NCBI GenBank assembly: GCA_043819555.1
Contig: JBDREQ010000028.1
Span: forward strand, 1 to 20,551
Source of the DNA: Candidatus Zixiibacteriota bacterium
GTDB taxonomy: Bacteria > Zixibacteria > MSB-5A5 > GN15 > JAAZOE01
Direction of reading: 5' to 3'
DNA length: 20,551 nucleotides
Shown: in pieces, positions 1 through 7,198 of the stretch
Layout of the letters: every line of letters starts with the position of its first letter
Position numbering within the stretch: the first letter of the stretch is position 1
Made by a program: the position numbers and the translations under genes
The notes under the pieces: model-generated
The model's input: only the letters and a program-made list of their open reading frames with translations
Database searches by the model: none
What the model was told of the DNA's origin: nothing

Positions 1-62
1 ATTTGTTTTTGTTTGTTTTTATCTGTTTTGGTGCCGTGTGGTCACAAAATGGGCACAAAATG
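1..62. repeat. Short tandem repeats: three imperfect 10-mers, then two 11-mers; possible arm-type sites at an integrative-element end
   Basis: ATTTGTTTTT/GTTTGTTTTT/ATCTGTTTTG at 1-30; TGGTCACAAAA (39-49) and TGGGCACAAAA (50-60). The repeats are directly visible; the functional call is inference. Confidence 0.45.
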
Positions 63-88
63 AAAAGGGCTTCAAGTGAAGCCCCTTT
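63..88 (-). terminator. Probable intrinsic terminator of the minus-strand dockerin gene, possibly bidirectional
   Basis: Stem GGGCTTCA (67-74) / TGAAGCCC (77-84), flanked by AAAA (63-66) and TTT (86-88); about 85 nt downstream of the stop at 172. Confidence 0.55.
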
Positions 89-171
89 CTATTCATCCAA
101 TGAAGTTACGTCGGGTTGTAAGGCTTACTAACATTTCTTAATCTTCTTTGTTCCCCAAAAAGAGGAATTTT

Positions 172-3100
172 TTACTCACACCCCGCGCATGGTGCTGGGC
201 CGGATTTGAAGACGTGGTTTATCATGTAAACAGCATCACCGACATTGCATTGGCTATCGCAATTGCCATCACAGGCTTCGATTGGGTCAGGGGCTGGGCC
301 GCCTTTGAAGACGTGGTTAATGATAAAGACCGCATCACCGACATTGGTCTGTGTATCTCCGTTGGCATCGCCGCAGATGTATGTAATAGGCTCGGCGAGA
401 ACAAATTGTGATAATGATGTCGTCATGCCGCATATTTGATTATTTATTTCATCCACGGGAAGTATTGTAATATCCAGCCATCCGCCCGGATCAATCCAAT
501 GGAATAAACGTAAGTCCTCTTCTTGACCCTGAATAGTGTTATCATCAAAAGTAAAGCAAAGGGATAATTCTCCTGTATATGTAGCATCCGTTACAATTTC
601 ATAGTAAATTGGAGGGCTTTGGGGCACAACCCAAAATCCATCAGGTGCGCCTTCGCCAACTTCAGATGTACTGACATCTGTAAAACCGGGTTCCAATACA
701 TTCTCAAATGTAATTGTCAAGCTATCAGTCAGCGAAACATTCACATCTGAACCAGGCCCTGTATAACCTTCCTGACATAAATCACCAATACTGTTTTCAT
801 CAATATCCTGTTGGTCTGGATTGGATATTTCCGGGCAATTATCGCAGCTATCCGGATGAGTATCTTCGTCATAATCGGAATTATCATCAAACCCAATACA
901 GACATCGCAACTGTCGCCTACACTGTCTAAGTCACTGTCTTCCTGCAGAGCATTTGCTGTTGTCGCGCAATTGTCACAGCCGTCCGGGACACCATCAGTA
1001 TCTGCGTCGGCTAAATCATCATGACCGGGGCAAGCATCACATACATCGCCAACCCCGTCGACATCAGAATCTGCTTGATCAACGTTGGAAATTAAGGGAC
1101 AATTGTCGGCGCCGTCCCATATTCCGTCTTCGTCTTCATCAAAGAACGCTCCCTCGCCGGATAAAGAGACATCTATTGCTGTTGTAATAGGATCATCGGT
1201 AGTTGCACTGAGAGTTGCACTGTTTGGGCCTAAGCTGGGTGGGCCGTACGTGACTGTTATAATACCATTCTCCCCCTGGGGTACTACCAGATAGCTGGGA
1301 TCAACGGCAAAATCGGAATTGTCTATACTGATTCCTGATATTGTCACATCTGATGTTCCCCGGTTAAATATTTCCAAGTCCCAGGTAGCTTCGGTGCCCG
1401 TCTGCACCTGGCCAAAGTCATGACTGGTAGATGAGGTAATAAAATTCGGATTCAGGCCGTCAACGAGCCATTTCATTACGCTGACAATAAGGTCGTTGTT
1501 CCGGCTGTCAATATTGCGGTTGTTCCATGCCGACTCCCAAACGTCCGCGAACCCAGGAGTAGAAATGTAGGCGACTTTCCCGGCACCATATTCATTCACT
1601 CCGATAATGCCTAAGTCTGAATCCAGCGGTTCATTACCGTCATGTGTCCGATTATAATTGCTGTCCTCCCATACCCTCAAATCGCCTGTAGTCTCGATTA
1701 TCTGTGCACCTTGGCCCACTGCCTCAAGTTGGTGTCCCTCTATGAGCAAGAATGGACGGTTATAGTTCGTTACATAGTAATTGGTGGCAGGATGTGCCCC
1801 CAGGAAATTCACGTAGAAAACACCTGCATCCCACGGAGCGTCATCTAGCGAACAAAGGGTTGGCCAATGTGTCCTAAACCCTAAATCATCAAGCAGTTGA
1901 TACAGATTCGAACCGCTCTGGTGTCCAATATAGTTTTGAGATGCACCGATGAACAGTATCCTGCCGCCTGCTTGCACATACTGAAGGATCTCTGCCCTTT
2001 CATTCACAGAAATATCTGCTTTGGCGGGGAGAAAGATGAGTATATCAGTACCACCCATTTCTGCAGATGACAGTGGTTCTGTCGAGTCCCTCTGGACTAT
2101 GTATTCTTCTTCCAGTCTTGTTACGAGATCGCTACAATAGTAAAACATTATATTTACGGGATCATAGTCTGGTCCCGTTTCATCTATAATTGCCTCAATT
2201 GCTCCTGACATGAGACTGCTGAAACGGGGCGAATGGTTCTCATCGAACATTACAATCGAATTGGCATGTGGAAATTCAAGGCTGGTGACAATCCACCTGG
2301 TACTGATATTGTAAAAGCCATCAGAAATGTCTACATCAATAGTATCGGTGCCGTTGTACAACCATTCCGTTTCATAAATGTAGGTCGGACCTGTGCCCAT
2401 AGAATCCGCAATGCCATTAACATACCATTGATAGTACAGGGGATTACCATCAGGATCGTATGCCTCTGTTATTAATTCCGCCGCATCGCCACCCACTATT
2501 GAAACATTCTGCTGAGGTGTTTGAGATAGAAGTTCTGGTGGGAATGCGTTTTCCTGCAGGATAACAATCCCATATGCCTCCAGGTACGGAACGGTCATAC
2601 ACAGATAACCGTCTTCGATGTGGGTAGGCAATACCTGTTGGCCGTCAGAATCGGGGGAGGTATAGACTGCTTGCCAGCCCCTGCTTGTATCAACCTCCAC
2701 ACAAAGTTGAAAATCCTGTTTTTCCGAAAAAACATCGTTCGCCGGATCGAAGTCATAGTTGGCCAAATGGAGTAGGTAATTGCCGTTGGGATCCTGATAA
2801 AGGAAGCATGTTGCGCCGCCCGGCTCATATGTCTGTGAGACGTCGTTCGTGACAACTAGAGGTGTCAAGTGCGGTAGAATAGTATTTTGAAAAACAGATC
2901 GAATGGTTGCAGGATCGGTTGGGCCATATAGCAATTCCTCTCCACAGTTAAGGCGCTCGTAGACAAAGAACCCGCTCCCATACGGGTGGACTCCGTTGCT
3001 TGCCTGCAGGCCGGTGATTTCCGGTCTATCCGCCAAACTCGCATCCGGATTGTGGGTTCCAACCAGCCCAAAGGTAATAACAGTTCCACCATCATTCATG

Positions 3101-3279
3101 TAGTCGAGAATCAATTGCACCTGATCGTCATCGAGTGCAAATGTGTGAGGTAATAGAATTATCGGGTACTCCTGCATGGCCTGGAGAGTTAGAGGTGGCT
3201 TTGTTGAAAACCTTTGATCCGGCATGAACAGAACGTCATATTGATAGTTATATTGTGCCATGAGATATGCCGTTCCCAA
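172..3279 (-). CDS. C-terminal part: GH42-type trimerisation/GATase-like domain, Ig-like domain, second GATase-like domain, ASH/choice-of-anchor-like Ig domain, thrombospondin type-3 Ca-binding repeats, beta domain and dockerin type I
   Basis: YDVL...YPIILLP...LDYMNDGGTVI; VMFDENH...ILQYVQAGGRILFIG; DFGQVQTG...IFNRGTSDVTISGI; repeated DxDxDGxxDxCDNCP; twin GDANGD..NVGDAV..INHVFK at the C-terminus. The TTG at 3279 is unlikely to be a real start. Confidence 0.8.
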   Translation of the reverse strand: MGTAYLMAQYNYQYDVLFMPDQRFSTKPPLTLQAMQEYPIILLPHTFALDDDQVQLILDYMNDGGTVITFGLVGTHNPDASLADRPEITGLQASNGVHPYGSGFFVYERLNCGEELLYGPTDPATIRSVFQNTILPHLTPLVVTNDVSQTYEPGGATCFLYQDPNGNYLLHLANYDFDPANDVFSEKQDFQLCVEVDTSRGWQAVYTSPDSDGQQVLPTHIEDGYLCMTVPYLEAYGIVILQENAFPPELLSQTPQQNVSIVGGDAAELITEAYDPDGNPLYYQWYVNGIADSMGTGPTYIYETEWLYNGTDTIDVDISDGFYNISTRWIVTSLEFPHANSIVMFDENHSPRFSSLMSGAIEAIIDETGPDYDPVNIMFYYCSDLVTRLEEEYIVQRDSTEPLSSAEMGGTDILIFLPAKADISVNERAEILQYVQAGGRILFIGASQNYIGHQSGSNLYQLLDDLGFRTHWPTLCSLDDAPWDAGVFYVNFLGAHPATNYYVTNYNRPFLLIEGHQLEAVGQGAQIIETTGDLRVWEDSNYNRTHDGNEPLDSDLGIIGVNEYGAGKVAYISTPGFADVWESAWNNRNIDSRNNDLIVSVMKWLVDGLNPNFITSSTSHDFGQVQTGTEATWDLEIFNRGTSDVTISGISIDNSDFAVDPSYLVVPQGENGIITVTYGPPSLGPNSATLSATTDDPITTAIDVSLSGEGAFFDEDEDGIWDGADNCPLISNVDQADSDVDGVGDVCDACPGHDDLADADTDGVPDGCDNCATTANALQEDSDLDSVGDSCDVCIGFDDNSDYDEDTHPDSCDNCPEISNPDQQDIDENSIGDLCQEGYTGPGSDVNVSLTDSLTITFENVLEPGFTDVSTSEVGEGAPDGFWVVPQSPPIYYEIVTDATYTGELSLCFTFDDNTIQGQEEDLRLFHWIDPGGWLDITILPVDEINNQICGMTTSLSQFVLAEPITYICGDANGDTQTNVGDAVFIINHVFKGGPAPDPIEACDGNCDSQCNVGDAVYMINHVFKSGPAPCAGCE
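194..346 (-). repeat. Intragenic duplication encoding the two halves of the dockerin domain (99-bp period)
   Basis: GCTGGGCCG..TTTGAAGACGTGGTT.AT.AT..A.AC.GCATCACCGACATTG at 194-247 and 293-346. Confidence 0.85.
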
Positions 3280-3362
3280 CAGCGGTGGGGATCCAGCAGT
3301 GTTGACATTACCACCATCCTCAATTTTCCAATAACCCGCTAATTGAGAAGCCTGAGCCTCGA

Positions 3363-4547
3363 TTACAGCGATTTTGCCATCGACCGTCGGTTTTCAAATA
3401 GGGCAGGATTGTTATGAATGAAATTGGCGTATTGAGCCACGACAGAATGATCGTACTCCACATGACCACTACCATCTGGAGTAAAGTCTCTGGGTATATC
3501 GGATGAAAAGCAAGCAATTCCTCCGCTCGCGTAAATGTCTGCCATTGCCACCTTGGCAAAATTGTGTGTTACGGGCGGCAGTATATCGTTAGAGAGTGCC
3601 TCAACATAAAGAGTGACGGCCCAGTCGGTCTTTCCTAAGTAGGTTTTGACGTAAGGATGGCTGCGTGTGCCTCCTTCGTCGAATGGCATAGTCTCGTTAA
3701 CCATGTAGTCTACTTTATCTATCAGGAAGTTACCCTGAAATCCTCCATTGTTGCAGGAGAATGTGAATTCCCTGCCGTAAGTGTTCATTGCATAATCGTG
3801 TGCATGAGTTGTGAGATCACCCACCAAGTCTCTCTCTCCTTCAATTAGGAGGAAAAAGTACTCAAGGACCAATCCTTCGTATGGCCCTTGCGGCCATGTC
3901 GCATCGAGTCCGCGTGCGATGAGCCAATCACCGTAATGAAATGTATCAATATCCTCAATGTCGAAGTCTGCCAATAGCTCCGCCGGAGTATATTTATTTC
4001 GAAGATAATCCCTAAATGCGTCCATGGTACACGGATCAAACGTTTGCTTCCCTTCATTGCCAAGTCTATCGTAGTAACCTGCATCATCCATTTGAAAGCC
4101 ATCAGCACCTGCGTCTACCGCTACTTCAATCAATTCCTTCAGGTACGCTCGCCATTCAGGACAGAATATTGAGTATTGTCGAATGTAGCCTTGCAGAAGA
4201 ATCTGCTCGCCATATATCGTACGCGTTCGACACGAATCAGACACGGCTGTTACGGTATCATAATGTAAAGAAAACAAGGCCGCGCTGGGCGTGTATATTC
4301 CCCCGCGGGAATGCCACCAATCTGCGTTGGCTCTGTGACGGAGAGTGTCACCTCGACCAAACACCCCATCTCCCCAAACATTGCCATCGAAATCTATCTG
4401 ATCCATGTCGGGATTCGGCATATGGAAGCTGTACATGACACTGAATATCTGGATTTCGTCAAACCAATCGGGCCGTACCTGCTCGTTCTCTTCAGCTACG
4501 ATTGTCGTAAATATGCAAAAAACCAAGACTGCTATAATCTTCTTCAT
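3363..4547 (-). CDS. N-terminal part: signal peptide plus TIM-barrel glycoside-hydrolase-like domain (GH42/alpha-amylase-like appearance; family not assignable by eye)
   Basis: Motifs PEWRAYLKELIEVAVDAGADGFQMDD and FDPCTMDAFRDYLRNKY resemble (beta/alpha)8 GH catalytic segments. Confidence 0.6.
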   Translation of the reverse strand: MKKIIAVLVFCIFTTIVAEENEQVRPDWFDEIQIFSVMYSFHMPNPDMDQIDFDGNVWGDGVFGRGDTLRHRANADWWHSRGGIYTPSAALFSLHYDTVTAVSDSCRTRTIYGEQILLQGYIRQYSIFCPEWRAYLKELIEVAVDAGADGFQMDDAGYYDRLGNEGKQTFDPCTMDAFRDYLRNKYTPAELLADFDIEDIDTFHYGDWLIARGLDATWPQGPYEGLVLEYFFLLIEGERDLVGDLTTHAHDYAMNTYGREFTFSCNNGGFQGNFLIDKVDYMVNETMPFDEGGTRSHPYVKTYLGKTDWAVTLYVEALSNDILPPVTHNFAKVAMADIYASGGIACFSSDIPRDFTPDGSGHVEYDHSVVAQYANFIHNNPALFENRRSMAKSL

Positions 4548-4567
4548 ATCGCTCTCCAATCAGAATC

Positions 4568-4665
4568 GTTGATCGTTGCCGGATCAACCATGACTTCGAA
4601 TCCATTTGACCCGGCAAAAATATCACCGGAGGAATTAATGAATGGAGTATTTATGAATCCTCCAT
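4568..4665 (-). promoter_or_regulatory. Structured 5' leader with overlapping alternative hairpins
   Basis: TTGCCGG (4576-4582)/CCGGCAA (4611-4617) long stem; competing GTTGATC (4568-4574)/GATCAAC (4582-4588); GGAGGA (4628-4633)/TCCTCC (4658-4663). Confidence 0.4.
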
Positions 4666-4681
4666 ATGGGTATATAGTCAT

Positions 4682-4710
4682 AATTTAATTAATATGGCCC
4701 ATTTTGTCAA
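4682..4710 (-). promoter_or_regulatory. Sigma70-type promoter for the dockerin/GH gene
   Basis: Minus strand TTGACA (4710-4705), 17-nt spacer, TAAATT (4687-4682). Confidence 0.65.
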
Positions 4711-4739
4711 CGAATTAGGCAGCGACAGCCATTGTCTCC

Positions 4740-4763
4740 TCATTCACACCCCGTGCATGGTGC
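4740..4763 (-). repeat. Orphan copy of a dockerin-gene 3' end (A-P-C-T-G-C-E-stop); direct repeat of 172-195
   Basis: TCATTCACACCCCGTGCATGGTGC vs TTACTCACACCCCGCGCATGGTGC, 21/24 identical; the stop codon and the Glu codon are conserved by synonymous changes. Confidence 0.75.
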
Positions 4764-4835
4764 CGACCGGTGGCCCACTGCAACTTGTTGCGACCTGTGG
4801 TCCGTCCGAAAAATAAGCGAAGCGTTTTTTTTCGG
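4764..4835. repeat. Palindromic REP-like element
   Basis: GCAAC-TT-GTTGC inner palindrome inside an imperfect CCAC/GTGG stem, followed by CCGAAAAA...GCGAAGC...TTTTTCGG hairpin. Confidence 0.45.
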
Positions 4836-4930
4836 GTGAGTTCCCGCATGAGCAATAGCAATTATCAAATCGATGTGATGTATTATCCGAAATTATCGTC
4901 ATTTGTAGGATGATTAATCGAATAAATCAA

Positions 4931-4970
4931 ACATACCCCGCCCTTCGGGCACCCCTCTCAAAAGGGGAAT
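4931..4970 (+). repeat. Double-hairpin REP-like element (copy A)
   Basis: GCCC-TTC-GGGC (4940-4950) and CCCCT-CTCAAA-AGGGG (4952-4967); a related copy lies at 19995-20070. Confidence 0.7.
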
Positions 4971-5000
4971 ATTAAGTGAGTGGTAGATGTCCGCATATGC

Positions 5001-5121
5001 CCATAATCACCATCAAGCTGGTAACGAATGATCAAAAACGACAAAACAAAGCCATTTTGCTGCAAGCATAAAATAGATATGAGAATACAAGGAATCTTGT
5101 GAAATCAAATGTGGATAACTT
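5001..5121 (-). repeat. 121-bp dispersed repeat, copy 1, containing a DnaA box (TGTGGATAA at 5110-5118)
   Basis: Its reverse complement aligns without gaps to 20185-20305; manual count 89/121 identical. Confidence 0.85.
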
Positions 5122-5155
5122 ATGGATTTATTGTGTTATTGGGAAATAAGTATTA

Positions 5156-5815
5156 CTACTGTCCGCCGACCGATTGGGCGCGTTGGGAATGATTAATGAT
5201 AGTCGGTTGGAATTCATTGGTGAAATTATTTTCATTCATGGATATTTGAAATTCACTTATATCGGCGTTTAACCGGTTTGTGCAAATTTTGAGTGTTCTC
5301 AACGCTTTAACAAAATATGGATTGATATCCTGGGTTGAACCGATCGAATCTATCAAAAATTCCTCAATCTCATTGAGGCCTTTCATTTGCGATTGTAATT
5401 TGCCGATGCGATCGGCCAATGACTGGCTGGCCTGAGTTACGGAATCGGCGACATCGGCCAATTCGGTACCGCGGCGAAGAGTTAATTTCCAGCCAAAATC
5501 ACCTTTGCTAATTTTATCAATGGCGGTTGAAAGCTGTTTTCCGGGACCCATGATACAATGAGTGCATTTTCTTATTGTCAGAAATAAAAGAATTGAACCG
5601 AATAATATGATGATTCCGGCGATTGCGGGAATAATGCTTGCGGCAAAGTCAAAAAAAGAGCCTGATTTATTCAGGCCAGAGTCGGATTGATTTAGATAAA
5701 TGAATGGGGTTATCAAAATGAATATCATCGCGATGGCAAGATAAGTAAGCGAAATGGGCTTTAGCCATTTGCTGATGTCAAAAGTGATTTTAGATCGCAT
5801 ACGGCGATTATTCAT
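5156..5815 (-). CDS. Two-TM membrane protein with a HAMP domain and short coiled-coil tail (219 aa)
   Basis: Two hydrophobic segments, then IMGPGKQLSTAIDKISKGDFGWKLTLRRGTELADVADSV (HAMP pattern). ATG at 5815 follows AAGGAG, so it is preferred over the ORF-track start at 5914. Confidence 0.8.
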   Translation of the reverse strand: MNNRRMRSKITFDISKWLKPISLTYLAIAMIFILITPFIYLNQSDSGLNKSGSFFDFAASIIPAIAGIIILFGSILLFLTIRKCTHCIMGPGKQLSTAIDKISKGDFGWKLTLRRGTELADVADSVTQASQSLADRIGKLQSQMKGLNEIEEFLIDSIGSTQDINPYFVKALRTLKICTNRLNADISEFQISMNENNFTNEFQPTIINHSQRAQSVGGQ

Positions 5816-5896
5816 TTTCGACTCCTTTGCACAATCCGCATTAAAGTTATCGGAGGTTTGCGAATCACTCTTGAGGCAAAAACAGATTATTTTTTC

Positions 5897-5925
5897 TTGA
5901 CTATTTGGCCGCACTCCAATACTAT
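5897..5925 (+). promoter_or_regulatory. Sigma70-type promoter immediately upstream of the ATG at 5935
   Basis: TTGACT (5897-5902), 17 nt, TACTAT (5920-5925). Confidence 0.6.
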
Positions 5926-5934
5926 TTCAATATC

Positions 5935-7059
5935 ATGAAAGCTCCTTTTCCGCATGATATCAGAGCGGTATTGACTGCGGGCGGTAAAGGACTGGCATTG
6001 AAGAAGATTTTTGCCGGTACTTTTTTTCTGCTCATCGGTTATGTCATTTATACTGCGTTCACTTATCTGGCGCTATTGTATGATAGCGTGAGCTTTGAAT
6101 ATATCTGGCAATCGTACGGCGCTTTTCCATTTCGCATATATCCGTTTGATACCGTTATCGGATCGATAATTCAGGTGCTCGGAGTCGTTTTCGCAGTACT
6201 GGCCTTATCTTCCGGGATCATGGCCGGAGCAGTTATTAATTTCGAGGAAATACGGGGCAATTATTTCTTTTCCGCTTTTGATGCGATAAAATTTACCCTT
6301 TCGCGATTCTCGACGATGATTCTGGGTTATATTTCAGTAGGCGCCTTTGTTGGTCTCATCTATCTGCTTGGTTTTTTAATCGGCTTGATTTCACGCGTTC
6401 CTTTCATGGGTGAGTTTCTGGTGGGGTTGTTTTATCTGGTACCGGTTTTTGTTACATTGATATTTGTCGTTTTTATATTTTTCGCCGTTTGCGTATCGGT
6501 TTTTTTATTTCCCGTGACCATCGCGGCCGGAAGAGAAAAAGAATTATTTGGTCCGCTGCTTCATATGTTTTCGGTTCTGATTAAAGAACCGCTCAGGTTT
6601 TTCTGGTATCTCGCTCTGATTTTCATTCAGGCCAAAGTATACTCGTTTATCATGGCCTATTTGTTTTATAGAACAATTCAGCTTTCGCAATTTATCCTCT
6701 ATACCGGAGGGGGAGAAAAAATAACGCGCATGTTCGCATCGGCCGTAAATTCCCTGCCGACCGATTCTACTCTGGTTAAATTTGTTTTAAATATATTTCC
6801 CGGCGTTGATTTTGGATTTGGATTCTCTCGCTGGAGCCCTGCCGGCGATCCTTCACTCGGTTCAATGTTTCTGGCGATATCGTTTTTCATATTGTTTGTC
6901 TTTATCCTCGGGTATGGTCTCTCAGTCATATCTTCCGGATTGGCTCGAGGCTATGCCGTTATCAGGCGCATGAAAGACGATTATTTTATTACTGAGGAAG
7001 ATCCGCTTATCAATCTGAATGATTATGCCAATCCTCCAATTGACGACGATGAAAAATAA
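5935..7059 (+). CDS. Hypothetical polytopic membrane protein (374 aa, about 6-7 TM)
   Basis: Long ORF with several hydrophobic helices and an acidic C-terminus. First ATG is at 5935; the TTG at 5905 lies within the predicted promoter. Confidence 0.8.
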   Translation: MKAPFPHDIRAVLTAGGKGLALKKIFAGTFFLLIGYVIYTAFTYLALLYDSVSFEYIWQSYGAFPFRIYPFDTVIGSIIQVLGVVFAVLALSSGIMAGAVINFEEIRGNYFFSAFDAIKFTLSRFSTMILGYISVGAFVGLIYLLGFLIGLISRVPFMGEFLVGLFYLVPVFVTLIFVVFIFFAVCVSVFLFPVTIAAGREKELFGPLLHMFSVLIKEPLRFFWYLALIFIQAKVYSFIMAYLFYRTIQLSQFILYTGGGEKITRMFASAVNSLPTDSTLVKFVLNIFPGVDFGFGFSRWSPAGDPSLGSMFLAISFFILFVFILGYGLSVISSGLARGYAVIRRMKDDYFITEEDPLINLNDYANPPIDDDEK

Positions 7060-7084
7060 CAGATTTATATAGAATGGAAAAACT

Positions 7085-7198
7085 ATGAATTTCTGGGCCT
7101 ATTTTTGGATTTTCGCGCCTCCGGTAATCTTGGTTGTCATCGGGATTATTTATTATTTGGTGACTTCGCCGATCGAAGAGACAGAGGATAATTCATGA
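7085..7198 (+). CDS. 37-aa single-TM peptide, probable small subunit of the solute:sodium symporter
   Basis: MNFWAYFWIFAPPVILVVIGIIYYLVTSPIEETEDNS*. Its stop overlaps the symporter start (ATGA at 7195-7198). Not in the ORF track because it is too short. Confidence 0.7.
   Translation: MNFWAYFWIFAPPVILVVIGIIYYLVTSPIEETEDNS

Larger units (their letters stand above)
172..4547 (-). pseudogene. Large secreted multidomain glycoside-hydrolase-like protein (~1458 aa if repaired), interrupted by one frameshift near 3372-3375; pseudogene or sequencing error
   Basis: ORF 3363-4559 ends ...FENRRSMAKSL*. Adding one A to the A4 run (TTTT at 3372-3375) gives MAKIAVIEAQASQLAGYWKIEDGGNVNTAGSPPLLGTAYLMAQ, continuous with ORF 172-3279. 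ATG at 4547 follows GGAGAG and begins a signal peptide, MKKIIAVLVFCIFTTIVA. Confidence 0.8.

Noticed and set aside
194..346. CRISPR-like or DGR-like repeat
   Set aside because: Two in-frame copies with a 99-bp period are explained by the duplicated dockerin motif.
4713..4741. GAGGAG followed by ATG GCT GTC GCT GCC TAA (5-aa ORF, minus strand) after the tail remnant
   Set aside because: It is too short to support, lies upstream of the predicted promoter, and may be chance or a relic of a lost gene start.
172..4763. DGR template/variable repeat pair for the dockerin tail
   Set aside because: The match is only 24 bp, the mismatches are not confined to adenines of one copy, and no reverse transcriptase is present.
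5001..5071. The 121-bp repeat as an intact small gene (..TIKLVTNDQKRQNKAILLQA*)
   Set aside because: Copy 2 has in-frame stops at the matching codons and neither copy has a credible start. A decayed coding origin is not excluded.
5110..5118. oriC, suggested by the DnaA boxes here and at 20188-20196
   Set aside because: There is only one perfect box per locus, no cluster, and no dnaA/dnaN/gidA context.
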